From contig JAIDKZ010000039.1 in the NCBI GenBank assembly GCA_029051735.1, positions 1-58,854 of the forward strand: a stretch of DNA of 58,854 nucleotides, written 5' to 3'. The notes under the pieces were generated by a model. That model was not told the origin of the DNA. It searched no databases and was given only the letters and a program-made list of their open reading frames with translations. The translations under genes were made by a program, and so were the position numbers. Source of the DNA: Anaeroplasmataceae bacterium. GTDB taxonomy: Bacteria; Bacillota_I; Bacilli_A; Acholeplasmatales; Anaeroplasmataceae. Below are positions 48,801-58,020 of the stretch, piece by piece. How positions within the stretch are numbered: the stretch's first letter is position 1; every line of letters starts with the position of its first letter.

Positions 48801-51613
48801 CAGATGGTGTAGGTGCTTACCATGATGATGGTTCCTTAAAAGAGAATGCAATCGTTCTTTATGTTACAGATGAAAATAAAAATACAGTTGAGTTATCTTA
48901 TAAAGGTACTACAGTTAAAGGTATTGGAAATATTTTAAATTCTGTTGGTGCTGATGTTGGTACTGGATTGGCTGCAAATGGTGGAACGGCAAATACGAAC
49001 CAAGGTATAATTAAAAAATTAGCAGAAGATAATATTCCACTTGTAGTGCGTTTTGTAGGTTGTGTTTCTGATTCTGGTTTGAAAAAGAAAGCTCCATTTA
49101 GTGCTGCTAGTACTCCATTAATTGAAGGCTTAACTATATATAATTCTACAGGAAATGGTGGAACAGCTGGAGATAACGGACATATGGCTCGTATCAAGTC
49201 TGGTAAGGATGTTACATTAGAAGGATTAGGAGAAGATGCTGTAATTGATGGATGGGGATTCCATTATATGGCTGAAAGCTCAAGCCCAACTTTAGGTAAG
49301 AGTTTTGAGGTTCGTAATTTAACATTTATCAATACGCCAGAGGATGCGATTGGTATGGAGGGTGTTCAAGCTTCTAAAAATGCTTCATCTACTTTAACAG
49401 CAAGTGTTGAAAGATGTTGGATTCATAATAATGAATTCTATGGACCTAATATTTTAAATCCTGCTGAAAGTGACAAAGGTGAAGGAGATGGATCATGTGA
49501 TTTCAAGCGTGGTCAATATTTCACTTGTAGTTACAACTATTTTGAAGGATGTCACAAGACAAATTTAGTTGGTTCTGCAGATTATTCATTACAGTTTAAT
49601 TTAACTTATCATCATAATTATTGGAAATTATGTAAAGCTAGAGGTCCTTTAACTCGTAGAGCAAATGTACATATGTACAATAATGTATTTGAAGGACAGA
49701 CTGATTATGCGATGAATACACGTGCAGATGCTTATATTTATTCTGAATACAATTTATTCTATATGTGTAAAAGCCCACATGGAGTAGAGGGTGGAGCTAT
49801 AAAGAGTTATAATGATTCTATTTCTAGTGCACTTTATAATAAAGGCTCAGCAGCAACTGCTGTAACAAATAAATCTCAAAAGGTAGCAAACAATTGTCAG
49901 TTTAGTGCTGAAAATATTGACTATAGTTCTTTTGATACAGATTCTAAATTATCTTATATTCCAGACAATAAATATATGTTACAAACAAATGTTACAGACG
50001 CGAGAAAGGTTATTGCAGCTATTGGTGGTGTAAGAAAAGATTCATCTTTATCTGCAAAAGATATAACAATGTCACAATTGTCTTATAAACCAAGTTCTGT
50101 TACACCAGTTAAGGTTACAACATATCCTACAACTTTAAATCCAGGAAAATTAAGTAAAACAGTTTATGCGTTTACCTTAGATAAGTCCGCAACTGTAACA
50201 GTATCTTATCCAAGTGATACATTCTCTACAACAGGTGTTTTGGTAAATGAGGCTGGAGAGTGCTTATTAACTGCTAGTGGTAGTGTTGTTTTAAAACCTG
50301 GTACATACATGATTCAACCTGTTAATTTCCAACCAGGTGATAGTAAGAATTTAACAAATGGAACATTTAAAGATTTAAATGTGAATTCAATTCAAATTGA
50401 AGAATATAAATCTGATGAATTTGATCAGCAATTGATTGACGATTATGATGCAAAAGCAGCTTCAATTCCATCAACGATAACCTATTCAAATGAATGTTAT
50501 AAGGCACTTTTAGCTGCAAGATTGGCTTATGAATTATTAAGCGCAGATTTAAAAGAAAGAGTAACAGTTCCTTATGAAACTGTCGTTACTGCAAGAGAAC
50601 GTTATATTGCTTTAGGAAAAGAACATGTAGAGGGATTGATTGATGCGATAGGAACTGTGAATAAAGATAGTGGTGGAAATATTGCAGCAGCAAGAAGGGA
50701 ATATGAGAGTTTAAAGGCAATCGTTCCTGCTATTTTAATTTCAAATTACAATGTTTTAACAGCTGCAGAAACTGCATTTAAAGGCTTTGCAGTTGAATCT
50801 TGTATTGAAAAGATCAATGCAATAGGAATAGTCACACTTGCATCAGGTCCAGCAATCCAAGCTGCTAGAAATGAATTTGATAGTTTAAATGATGAACATA
50901 TTCCATTGATTACTAACTATCAAGTTCTTCTAGATGCTGAAGAGAAATATGAAAGTCTTCTTGCAGTTCAAAATGTTATTGAATTATTAGATGATGTAGA
51001 TTTGACAAATTTAAATTCTTTAAAAACTACTATGAATGCTTACAATGCATTAACGACAAGTGAAAAAGCTCAAGTACCTAATACAAGCAAATTATCAGAT
51101 GTGAAGGTTGCTTATGCAAGTTTACTTATTGATGCAATTGGAACTGTTTCAGTAACCTCAGGTGTTGCAATAACAGAAGCAGAAGCAGCATACAATGCTT
51201 TAGATACTGCTGAAAAAGCAAAAGTAACAAATTATGCTAAATTAGTTGATGCTAAGGAAGCATATGCAGATTTATTAAATCGTCAGATTGAGTGTACATT
51301 TATTGGTGGCTCTCCATCAAATAGCATGATAAGTGTTAGCGGTGGCTCTGCTAAAAATACAAGTGTAACAATCGCAGGTAAAACATATGAAAGTGGTGTG
51401 AAAATTAATTCTAAGGTAACGATATCCTTTACTACTGAGGTGGCAAGAAAATTAGTTTTACATATTGCTGCTGGTGGTTCTTTAGGATTAGATGGAACAC
51501 AATACACAGATAGTGATAATGATGGAGTAATTGAGATAGAGCTTTCTGCAGGTTCTCATGAAATTAAGAAAAATGGTTCAGAAACTGCATTATATGCTTT
51601 AATCCTTCAATAA
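45884..51613 (+). CDS. Giant surface lipoprotein 2 (1909 aa): nine Flg_new repeats, CBM-like module, FN3-like plus PL1 pectate-lyase beta-helix, helical repeats, C-terminal CBM-like module
   Basis: MKRKKYFLGVLLLVLSLCLFAAC lipoprotein signal. Nine GW[YF]...LYA.W modules. PL1 signature: CWIHNNEF, GDGSCDFKRG, FTCSYNYFEGCHKTNLVGSAD, LTYHHNYW...ARGPLTRRANVHMYNNVF. Confidence 0.9.
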   Translation: MKRKKYFLGVLLLVLSLCLFAACSAKDKDKDKNPDTPVVYEYVVSFDTLGGNTIASKSVKEGNKVEKPTDPVRSGYTFTGWYKNKSCTEEFDFETEIRSNTILYAGWIAASHTVSFESNGGSSVAPVTVEHGKHCPRPENPTRSGYNFVGWFKDSECTIPCDFINGIIISDLTCYAKWTAKSVDPNHLTVEFNSKGGSIVADITDIVSGSKIQKPADPVRKGYTFVGWFKNEDGTLDDPFDFENEPIVESMTLLAVWSPNSVTITLKDSLSKATIGTISTKYEQLLERPEDPKKSGYKFVGWSTKEDEYDPFDFDSSVVTDLTILYAFFTVDSSAPIVNCTVQFKNGEEVYDTKTVQQGFRVEQPTTPTNGDLKFTGWYTDPDCKLSSKFDFNRVISDDLILYAGWVNESVGPVNEYIVKFDTDGGTTIVAQKITVGGKVTKPENPIKYGYDFVGWFEHESSIEYDFNLVVNHSFTLYAKWEKNNQQDDVITTFNFAGFNTLASSNLDSSTGKTNKDLTIDQFKVLMGVKATATTLNTQGKNIEFTLTGKITNSIKVVGSGGSTNNTTTVTLMKWNGTEYVHYADLGSTGNKVSKIFEAVDLEAGNYRLDTDKSLVITVFTLTEINKEAAINTYTITFNSLKGSDIDSQIIAEGKFVQKPIDPVREGYDFKGWYTDPGCNTKFDFSTPVTKDLELYALWEEAAIPDDVTKYTVHFITGFETTLPDKVVAEGRGFIAPEITRFGYTLEGWYTDTNFNHVYNFSTPVYGDLTLYAHWAIAEYKVTLIGTSDSIMVTHGQKVPTLANPSKIGYTFGGWYTDNSYSELFDFNTIVTSPISIFAKWVKNDSNNDELDTGELEGGEGQIGQVGAVQIVDVVGQIEAAYITFKKVSSVLNISDYTVTIRNTDSATAQVLDEKNLYFREYNGLLRADIMGLPAGTYEAVLTPKDNTSAAPSSCVFKVGAYDRSGYAHFNYTDGVGAYHDDGSLKENAIVLYVTDENKNTVELSYKGTTVKGIGNILNSVGADVGTGLAANGGTANTNQGIIKKLAEDNIPLVVRFVGCVSDSGLKKKAPFSAASTPLIEGLTIYNSTGNGGTAGDNGHMARIKSGKDVTLEGLGEDAVIDGWGFHYMAESSSPTLGKSFEVRNLTFINTPEDAIGMEGVQASKNASSTLTASVERCWIHNNEFYGPNILNPAESDKGEGDGSCDFKRGQYFTCSYNYFEGCHKTNLVGSADYSLQFNLTYHHNYWKLCKARGPLTRRANVHMYNNVFEGQTDYAMNTRADAYIYSEYNLFYMCKSPHGVEGGAIKSYNDSISSALYNKGSAATAVTNKSQKVANNCQFSAENIDYSSFDTDSKLSYIPDNKYMLQTNVTDARKVIAAIGGVRKDSSLSAKDITMSQLSYKPSSVTPVKVTTYPTTLNPGKLSKTVYAFTLDKSATVTVSYPSDTFSTTGVLVNEAGECLLTASGSVVLKPGTYMIQPVNFQPGDSKNLTNGTFKDLNVNSIQIEEYKSDEFDQQLIDDYDAKAASIPSTITYSNECYKALLAARLAYELLSADLKERVTVPYETVVTARERYIALGKEHVEGLIDAIGTVNKDSGGNIAAARREYESLKAIVPAILISNYNVLTAAETAFKGFAVESCIEKINAIGIVTLASGPAIQAARNEFDSLNDEHIPLITNYQVLLDAEEKYESLLAVQNVIELLDDVDLTNLNSLKTTMNAYNALTTSEKAQVPNTSKLSDVKVAYASLLIDAIGTVSVTSGVAITEAEAAYNALDTAEKAKVTNYAKLVDAKEAYADLLNRQIECTFIGGSPSNSMISVSGGSAKNTSVTIAGKTYESGVKINSKVTISFTTEVARKLVLHIAAGGSLGLDGTQYTDSDNDGVIEIELSAGSHEIKKNGSETALYALILQ

Positions 51614-51631
51614 AATTATAGGTAAAGAAAT

Positions 51632-54600
51632 ATGAAAAAAAGAAAATTTATTATAGCAGGGCTAGCTTTATCAGCCCTGCTAGGCTTTACTGCTTGTAAA
51701 GCTGAACCAGAAGAAAAGCCTGATGTGCCACCTATTATTGATCCAACTTCAACTTTTGAAGTTGAGTTTGATACAAATGGTGGAACCAATATTTTATCAC
51801 AATGGATTTCAAAAGATAATACAGTTGCAGTGCCATCTGAACCAACCAAAGAAGGATTCATTTTTGCTGGTTGGTATAAGGATAAAAATTGTACTGAACA
51901 ATTTGATTTTTCAACAAAAGTAACAGAAAAATTGACTCTTTATGCAAAATGGGAGGAAATAGGAGAACTCTTTTATTTAAGTTTTAATTCAAATGGTCAT
52001 GGAAAGAATCCAAACACAATTGAGGTTAATAAAATAAACTCATTACCAGAATTGAAGGATGATGGGTATACATTTGTTGGTTGGTATTATGACCAAGAGT
52101 TTAAGAATAAGGTGAATATTGGAGATCGTTTAACAGAAAATAAAACTATATTTGCAAAATGGGAAATAAAGAAATTCACTGTTCAATTTGATACGAATGG
52201 CGGAACCACAACTGCTTCTCAAATTATAGAATATGGTAAGCTTTGTCCAAGACCAGCTAACCCTACAAAAGAAGGATTTATTTTTGCTGGTTGGTATAAG
52301 GATAGTGATTTTACTCTTCCATGTGATTTTATCAATGGAGTAATCATATCTGATTTAATTTGTTATGCAAAATGGTTGCCAAAATCAGCTGAGGGAGAAA
52401 CTTTAACTGTAGAATTTAATTCTAAATTGGGGACTAAGGTTGAACCAATTACAGGAATTATTGCAGGATCTACAATTGAGGAGCCATCACAACCAACAAG
52501 AACAGGTTATACGTTTGATGGTTGGTATAAAAATATTGATGGAACATTATCTGTCCCATTTGATTTTGAAAACGATCTAGTAACAGAGAATATGGTTCTA
52601 TTAGCTAAGTGGATTCCAAATGTAGTTAAAGTAACTTTGAAAGATTCTTTGACAGATGAAGTCATTGAAGAATTAGAGGGAAGATATGAACAATTTTTGA
52701 TGCAACCAGCAATTCCTGCTGATAAGGAGAACTATCGTTTTGTTGGTTGGTCTGTTCAAAAAACAAATTTTGTAGAATTTCACTTTACATCGTTATTAAC
52801 AGAAGATATCACAATATATGCTTTCTATGAAGCTGTCTCTCCTGATCAAACATTTGAAGTTAAGTTTATTTCAACAGGGACAACAGTTTTTTATTCGACT
52901 CACGTAAAACAGAATGGATTAGTTACAGAACCAACTCAAAAACCTGTAAGAGATGGTTATAATTTTGTTGGTTGGTCTACTAGTGCCTCTACATATGTAG
53001 CATTTAATTTTGCCACTTCTAAAATAACATCTGATATTCTAATCTATGCTTATTGGACTAAGAGTGATGAACCAGATGTTGAGAAGTATACAATAACATT
53101 CTATAGTAGTGCGGATATAGTATTTAAAACAGAAACCATACAAAAAAATGAGCAAGCACAAGAACCAACACCAGCTCCTAAAAAGGAAGGATATAAATTT
53201 GCAGGTTGGTACACAGATGCTCTATTGGATACAAAATATAACTTTTCTACACCTGTAACTAGTAATTTGAATTTATATGCGAAGTGGGAGGAGGACCAAT
53301 CACAAGAAGATATTGTAACACCTTTTGACTTTGTAAAATTCAATACAGAAGCTAGTGCCCATTTGACTTCTGGAAAAACAAACATAGCTATAACAATAGA
53401 TAAGTTTACTGTAAGTCAAGGCGTAAAATGTGATGATAAGATGCTAAATACGCAAGGTAAGACAATTTCCTTTACTTTGAATGGAACGATTACAAATTCA
53501 ATTAAACTAGTTGGTACTGGAGGTTCTACTACAAAGGATACAATTGTAAAATTATTAAAGAGTAATGGGACTTCTTATGTTGAAGTAAAAACTCTAGGAA
53601 CAGTTACAAATGGCGTTGCTTTAAATGTAACAGAAAGTAATTTAGAAGCAGGAAATTATCAGTTGACTACATCTGCTGCTTTAAAAATTACTGAATTTGT
53701 TTTAACTGAAAGTAGTAAACCTACTGCACCTACTTCCTTTACAGTTTCCTTTGACTCTTTAGGTGGATCCACTGTGTCTTCTATAGAAGTTGCAAATGGA
53801 TCTAATGCTATAGAGCCTACTGCACCTACAAAGGATGGATTTGAATTTAAGGGATGGTTTACAGATAAAGAATGTACAAAGGCATTTGATTTTTCAACTC
53901 CAATAAAAGAAGATATGTTGTTATATGCGAAGTGGGAAGAAGAGGTTATCCCGCCAGATGCAATAACATACGTTGTATCTTATGTAACCAATTGTAACAC
54001 TACAATAGAAGATAAAATTGTTAGAGAAGGCAGAACAATATCTGCACCAACAAATTTAACAAAAGATGATCATAAATTTGGTGGGTGGTATACTGATGCA
54101 CAATTTACAAACGCTTATGACTTTACAAAACCTATTTATTCTAATTTAACTTTATATGCAAAATGGATTGAGGTTATAACTTATACAGTAACATTTGATG
54201 TAAATGGTTATGGAGATCAGCCAGCAGCATTAACAAAGGTTACAGAATTGCCAGAATTACCTAAATTGATTTCATCTGAACGTAGTTTTGGTGGTTGGTA
54301 TTATAATGCAGCATGTACAGAGAAAGCTTTTGTAGGCGATGTATTAGAATCAGATGTAACATTATATGCAAAGTGGAATGATAAATCTATAGTAGAAGTA
54401 ACTGCTGCTGAAGGACATTTAGAAACTGCTTATTTAGAGTGGAAAGAACTAGATGGTGCAAAAGATTATAATGTTTATTACAAAAAGTCTAATGAAACTG
54501 ATGGAAAATATATAGCATTAGACCAGATGCTCATTCGAGAATATCCTAATAATTATCGTGCAGATGTTTTGGGATTAGCAGCTGGGAAGTATACACTTAA

Positions 54601-55945
54601 GGTAGTTCCAGTAGTTGGAACTGATGAAGATGGAAGTGCAGCCGCTATAGAAGATGTTATAGTTTCAGCTCATGACAGAAGCGGTTTTGGATTCTCTCAA
54701 AATTCTTTATTAAAAACTTCATCAGGAGCTTATAATGAGGATGGTACACTTCGTGCAGGCGCACAAGTCATTTACGTTACTGCAAAGAATGCAAAGACTG
54801 TAACTGCTCAAATTACTAATGGTGGCACAACAACTACAGTAACTGGTTTCCAATCTATTCTTGATGCAAAACAAAAGAAAGGCAACACAGATATTTTAGA
54901 TTTCCGAATTATTGGTGAAATAAAATTATCCGATTTGGATAAGATTTCTAGTAGTGCTGAAGGAATTCAAATTAAAGGAGCAGCTAATTATCAAGATATG
55001 AGTATTACAATTGAAGGTGTAGGAGAAGATGCCACAGTTAATGGCTTTGGATTCTTAATCCGTAATTGTGGTAATGTGGAAATGCGAAACTTTGGTATTG
55101 TTAACTTTATGGATGATGGTATCTCTATAGATACAAACAATTGTAATTTATGGATTCATAATATAGATTTCTTTTATGGTTCTCCTGGTGGAGATTCAGA
55201 TCAAGCTAAAGGAGATGGATCTTTAGATATAAAAGGACACTCTAGATATATTACAGCTTCTTATAATCACTTTTGGGATTCAGGTAAATGTAATTTAATG
55301 GGTATGAAGAGTGAGGCAACAGAGGATTACATCACATACCATCATAACTGGTATGATCATTCTGACTCTCGTCATCCAAGAATTCGTACTTGTAGTGTTC
55401 ATGTATATAACAACTATTTTGATGGGAATTCTAAGTATGGAGTTGGTGTTACAATGGGAGCTTCTGCTTTTGTTGAAAACAATTACTTCAGAAATTGTCA
55501 TAATCCTATGCTAAGTTCTAATCAAGGTACAGATGCTTTAGGTGATGGAACATTCTCAGGTGAAACTGGTGGTATTATTAAAGCTTACGGAAACTATATT
55601 GAAGGTGGAAATCCAACAATATGGTATAGTCAAAACAATACAAGTTTTGATGCTTATCTTGCTTCATCTAGAGATGAAATTGTACCTAGTACAGTTAAGG
55701 CTTTATCAGGAGGTACAGGTTATAACAACTTTGATACTTCTTCAGATTTTTATTCTTACAATGTTGATACGGCAGAGGTTGCTAAAGAAAATGTAATGAA
55801 ATATGCTGGTCGTATTAATGGTGGAGATTTGCAGTTTGTATTTGATAATTCTAAAGAAGATACAAACTATGGAGTTATCCCTGAACTAAAACAAATGGTT
55901 GTTTCTTATAAAACAACACTTGTAAGAATATTAGGCGAAAAATAA
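51632..55945 (+). CDS. Giant surface lipoprotein 3 (1437 aa): ten Flg_new repeats, CBM-like module, FN3-like plus PL1 pectate-lyase domain
   Basis: MKKRKFIIAGLALSALLGFTAC lipoprotein signal. Starts 18 nt after gene 2. PL1 signature: LWIHNIDFF, GDGSLDIKGH, ITASYNHFWDSGKCNLMG, ITYHHNWYDHSDSRHPRIRTCSVHVYNNYF. Confidence 0.9.
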   Translation: MKKRKFIIAGLALSALLGFTACKAEPEEKPDVPPIIDPTSTFEVEFDTNGGTNILSQWISKDNTVAVPSEPTKEGFIFAGWYKDKNCTEQFDFSTKVTEKLTLYAKWEEIGELFYLSFNSNGHGKNPNTIEVNKINSLPELKDDGYTFVGWYYDQEFKNKVNIGDRLTENKTIFAKWEIKKFTVQFDTNGGTTTASQIIEYGKLCPRPANPTKEGFIFAGWYKDSDFTLPCDFINGVIISDLICYAKWLPKSAEGETLTVEFNSKLGTKVEPITGIIAGSTIEEPSQPTRTGYTFDGWYKNIDGTLSVPFDFENDLVTENMVLLAKWIPNVVKVTLKDSLTDEVIEELEGRYEQFLMQPAIPADKENYRFVGWSVQKTNFVEFHFTSLLTEDITIYAFYEAVSPDQTFEVKFISTGTTVFYSTHVKQNGLVTEPTQKPVRDGYNFVGWSTSASTYVAFNFATSKITSDILIYAYWTKSDEPDVEKYTITFYSSADIVFKTETIQKNEQAQEPTPAPKKEGYKFAGWYTDALLDTKYNFSTPVTSNLNLYAKWEEDQSQEDIVTPFDFVKFNTEASAHLTSGKTNIAITIDKFTVSQGVKCDDKMLNTQGKTISFTLNGTITNSIKLVGTGGSTTKDTIVKLLKSNGTSYVEVKTLGTVTNGVALNVTESNLEAGNYQLTTSAALKITEFVLTESSKPTAPTSFTVSFDSLGGSTVSSIEVANGSNAIEPTAPTKDGFEFKGWFTDKECTKAFDFSTPIKEDMLLYAKWEEEVIPPDAITYVVSYVTNCNTTIEDKIVREGRTISAPTNLTKDDHKFGGWYTDAQFTNAYDFTKPIYSNLTLYAKWIEVITYTVTFDVNGYGDQPAALTKVTELPELPKLISSERSFGGWYYNAACTEKAFVGDVLESDVTLYAKWNDKSIVEVTAAEGHLETAYLEWKELDGAKDYNVYYKKSNETDGKYIALDQMLIREYPNNYRADVLGLAAGKYTLKVVPVVGTDEDGSAAAIEDVIVSAHDRSGFGFSQNSLLKTSSGAYNEDGTLRAGAQVIYVTAKNAKTVTAQITNGGTTTTVTGFQSILDAKQKKGNTDILDFRIIGEIKLSDLDKISSSAEGIQIKGAANYQDMSITIEGVGEDATVNGFGFLIRNCGNVEMRNFGIVNFMDDGISIDTNNCNLWIHNIDFFYGSPGGDSDQAKGDGSLDIKGHSRYITASYNHFWDSGKCNLMGMKSEATEDYITYHHNWYDHSDSRHPRIRTCSVHVYNNYFDGNSKYGVGVTMGASAFVENNYFRNCHNPMLSSNQGTDALGDGTFSGETGGIIKAYGNYIEGGNPTIWYSQNNTSFDAYLASSRDEIVPSTVKALSGGTGYNNFDTSSDFYSYNVDTAEVAKENVMKYAGRINGGDLQFVFDNSKEDTNYGVIPELKQMVVSYKTTLVRILGEK

Positions 55946-55950
55946 AAATT

Positions 55951-55979
55951 ATAGCGTGCTAAAGCGCGCTATTTTTTTA
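55951..55979 (+). terminator. Intrinsic terminator closing the lipoprotein island
   Basis: 9-bp stem atagcgtgc (55951-55959) / gcgcgctat (55964-55972) with one G-U pair, loop taaa, then T7. Confidence 0.75.
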
Positions 55980-56093
55980 TTTTAAGAAAGAAGAATATTT
56001 TAAAAATCCAGTTGAAAACTAACATAAGCAAATTGTTTTTTTGAAATTGTTTTTGACAAATTATTGAAAAAGTAGTGTGCGAATTTAAAAATG

Positions 56094-56102
56094 TGATATA
56101 AT
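56094..56102 (+). promoter_or_regulatory. Candidate extended -10 promoter for NUDIX-prmC-tsaC
   Basis: TGaTATAAT at 56094-56102. No good -35 at 17 nt. A TTGACA at 56053 is too far away. Confidence 0.4.
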
Positions 56103-56129
56103 TCTACTATGTGAGATGTAGGTGAGAAA

Positions 56130-56609
56130 ATGAAGAATACAACTTTATGTTATATTTGCAAGGATAAAAAAATTCTAATGCTATATAGGAATAAAAAGAA
56201 GATTGATGTAAATAAAGGGAAATGGATTGGTGTAGGAGGCCACTTTTTAGAAGGAGAGACAGCTGAGGAATGTTTATTAAGGGAAGTCTATGAAGAAACA
56301 GGATTGATGTTGACACAATACAGGCTTATGGGAAAATTAAATTTTTTTATTGATGACATAGAAGAAGTTTGTTTTTTATATAAGGCATATGATTTTACAG
56401 GAGAAATCATAGATTGTGATGAAGGAATTCTTGAATGGATTGATGAAAGTAAGATATTGGAACTTCCTTTATGGGAAGGAGATTATTTGTTTTTAAATAG
56501 ACTTCTTCATGAGGATGATTATTTTGAAATGACATTAATATATAAAAAAGATAAAATGATTGAATGGAGGATAGAAAATGACATATCAGAAATTAATTCA
56601 AATTGCTGA
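56130..56609 (+). CDS. NUDIX hydrolase (MutT/8-oxo-dGTP diphosphatase-like)
   Basis: Nudix box GGHFLEGETAEECLLREVYEETGL (GX5EX7REUXEEXGU). RBS AGGTGA. Confidence 0.88.
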   Translation: MKNTTLCYICKDKKILMLYRNKKKIDVNKGKWIGVGGHFLEGETAEECLLREVYEETGLMLTQYRLMGKLNFFIDDIEEVCFLYKAYDFTGEIIDCDEGILEWIDESKILELPLWEGDYLFLNRLLHEDDYFEMTLIYKKDKMIEWRIENDISEINSNC

Positions 56610-57432
56610 GCAGATGGCAATAGATAATGAAAAAGAAGAAAGTGCAGCTGTCCTTTTATTAGAACATGTTACCAAATTAGAAACCAATGCATTATATCTG
56701 AAAATGCATAGTGAAGTAGAAGAAGCAATATACAATGAATTTATGGAAACATATAATAAATATTTAAAAGAGAATCTGCCAATTCAGTATCTTATTGGGT
56801 ATAGTTGTTTTTATGGTTATAATTTTATTGTGAATGAAAATGTTTTAATTCCTCGATTTGAAACAGAAGAATTGGTTGAAAATATTTTATACCGTTATGA
56901 TCAATATTTTAAAAACAATAAAGTTGATGTATGTGATTTGGCAACTGGATCAGGGTGTATAGCAATTTCTTTAGCATTAGAAGAACCCAATATGAACGTC
57001 ATTGCAAGTGATATATCAAAAGAAGCATTAAAAGTTGCAAGAAGCAATAATGATGCATTAGGAGCAAATGTAAAGTTTTTAGAAGGGGACATGCTAGCAC
57101 CATTTAAAGATATGAAATTTGATATCTTTGTTTCAAACCCTCCTTATATACCAGATGATGAAATCATTATGCCTTTGGTAAAGGATAATGAACCAGATAT
57201 TGCATTATACGGTGGTAAAGATGGGATGAAGTTTTATCGTATTATTTTAAGTGGATTACGTCCTTTATTGAAAGAAAAAGCCTTAGTATGTTTTGAACAT
57301 GGATATGATAAAAAAGAGGAAATGATTGCTCTTGCACATCAATATTTTCCAGAAGCAAAAGTTGAAGTTCTCAAAGATTTAGAAGGAAAAGATCGAATGA
57401 CATTTATATATGTAGGTGAATTTGATGAATAA
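56578..57432 (+). CDS. prmC: Release-factor glutamine N5-methyltransferase
   Basis: PIQYLIGY..F.G......VLIPR.ETE, DL.TGSGCIAISLA, VSNPPYIP. GGAGGA RBS. 32-nt overlap with the NUDIX gene. Confidence 0.93.
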   Translation: MTYQKLIQIAEQMAIDNEKEESAAVLLLEHVTKLETNALYLKMHSEVEEAIYNEFMETYNKYLKENLPIQYLIGYSCFYGYNFIVNENVLIPRFETEELVENILYRYDQYFKNNKVDVCDLATGSGCIAISLALEEPNMNVIASDISKEALKVARSNNDALGANVKFLEGDMLAPFKDMKFDIFVSNPPYIPDDEIIMPLVKDNEPDIALYGGKDGMKFYRIILSGLRPLLKEKALVCFEHGYDKKEEMIALAHQYFPEAKVEVLKDLEGKDRMTFIYVGEFDE

Positions 57433-57973
57433 AGTAATAATTTTTCCAACAGACACCGTTTATGGCATTGGGTGCTCTATTTATGATTTAGAAGGTATGA
57501 ATCATATTTATGAGATTAAACATAGAAGTAAGGATAAGCCACTGGCTTGCCTATGTTATGATTTAGAACAAATAGAAGACATTGCAATAATCAATGATAA
57601 AGCAAAGAAACTTATTCAAGCTTTTTTACCAGGGCCCTTGACATTAATAGTAAAAACGAATGGTAATGTCAAAGAAAAAATTGGATATGAAACAATTGGT
57701 GTTCGAATTCCTGATCATCCAGTTGCTTTAAAATTATTGAAGACATATGGTCCCATGCTTACTACTTCAGTAAATGAAAGTGGTGAGCAACCAATAAATA
57801 CGTATTTAGAAGTAAAAGAAAAGTATGGCGCAGTGGTAGATGAAGTGATTGAAAACCAGTATCCCTCATCTAACTTATCTTCTACAGTTGTCTCTTTAGT
57901 AGAAGATGAGATTAAATTATTAAGAGAAGGGGCCATTACAATTGATATGATAAAAAATGTAATTCATGTATAA
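57425..57973 (+). CDS. tsaC: L-threonylcarbamoyladenylate synthase (TsaC/YwlC, YrdC-domain only)
   Basis: FPTDTVYGIGC, KHRSKDKPLA, PGPLTLIV, GVRIPDHP, TSVN.SGE motifs. The ATG at 57425 lies 5 nt after AGGTGA. The alternative GTG at 57416 cannot be excluded. Confidence 0.9.
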   Translation: MNKVIIFPTDTVYGIGCSIYDLEGMNHIYEIKHRSKDKPLACLCYDLEQIEDIAIINDKAKKLIQAFLPGPLTLIVKTNGNVKEKIGYETIGVRIPDHPVALKLLKTYGPMLTTSVNESGEQPINTYLEVKEKYGAVVDEVIENQYPSSNLSSTVVSLVEDEIKLLREGAITIDMIKNVIHV

Positions 57974-58020
57974 AGTGTTTCCCCCTAGGGTATGATATGC
58001 CTATAGGGGGGAATTTTATT

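Noticed and set aside
51634-51640. A7 tract at codons 2-4 of lipoprotein 3, and A/T runs at the start of lipoprotein 1, as possible phase-variation switches.
   Set aside because: The tracts are short (7 nt or less) and encode the usual Lys-rich signal-peptide n-region. They are well below the lengths normally associated with slipped-strand phase variation.
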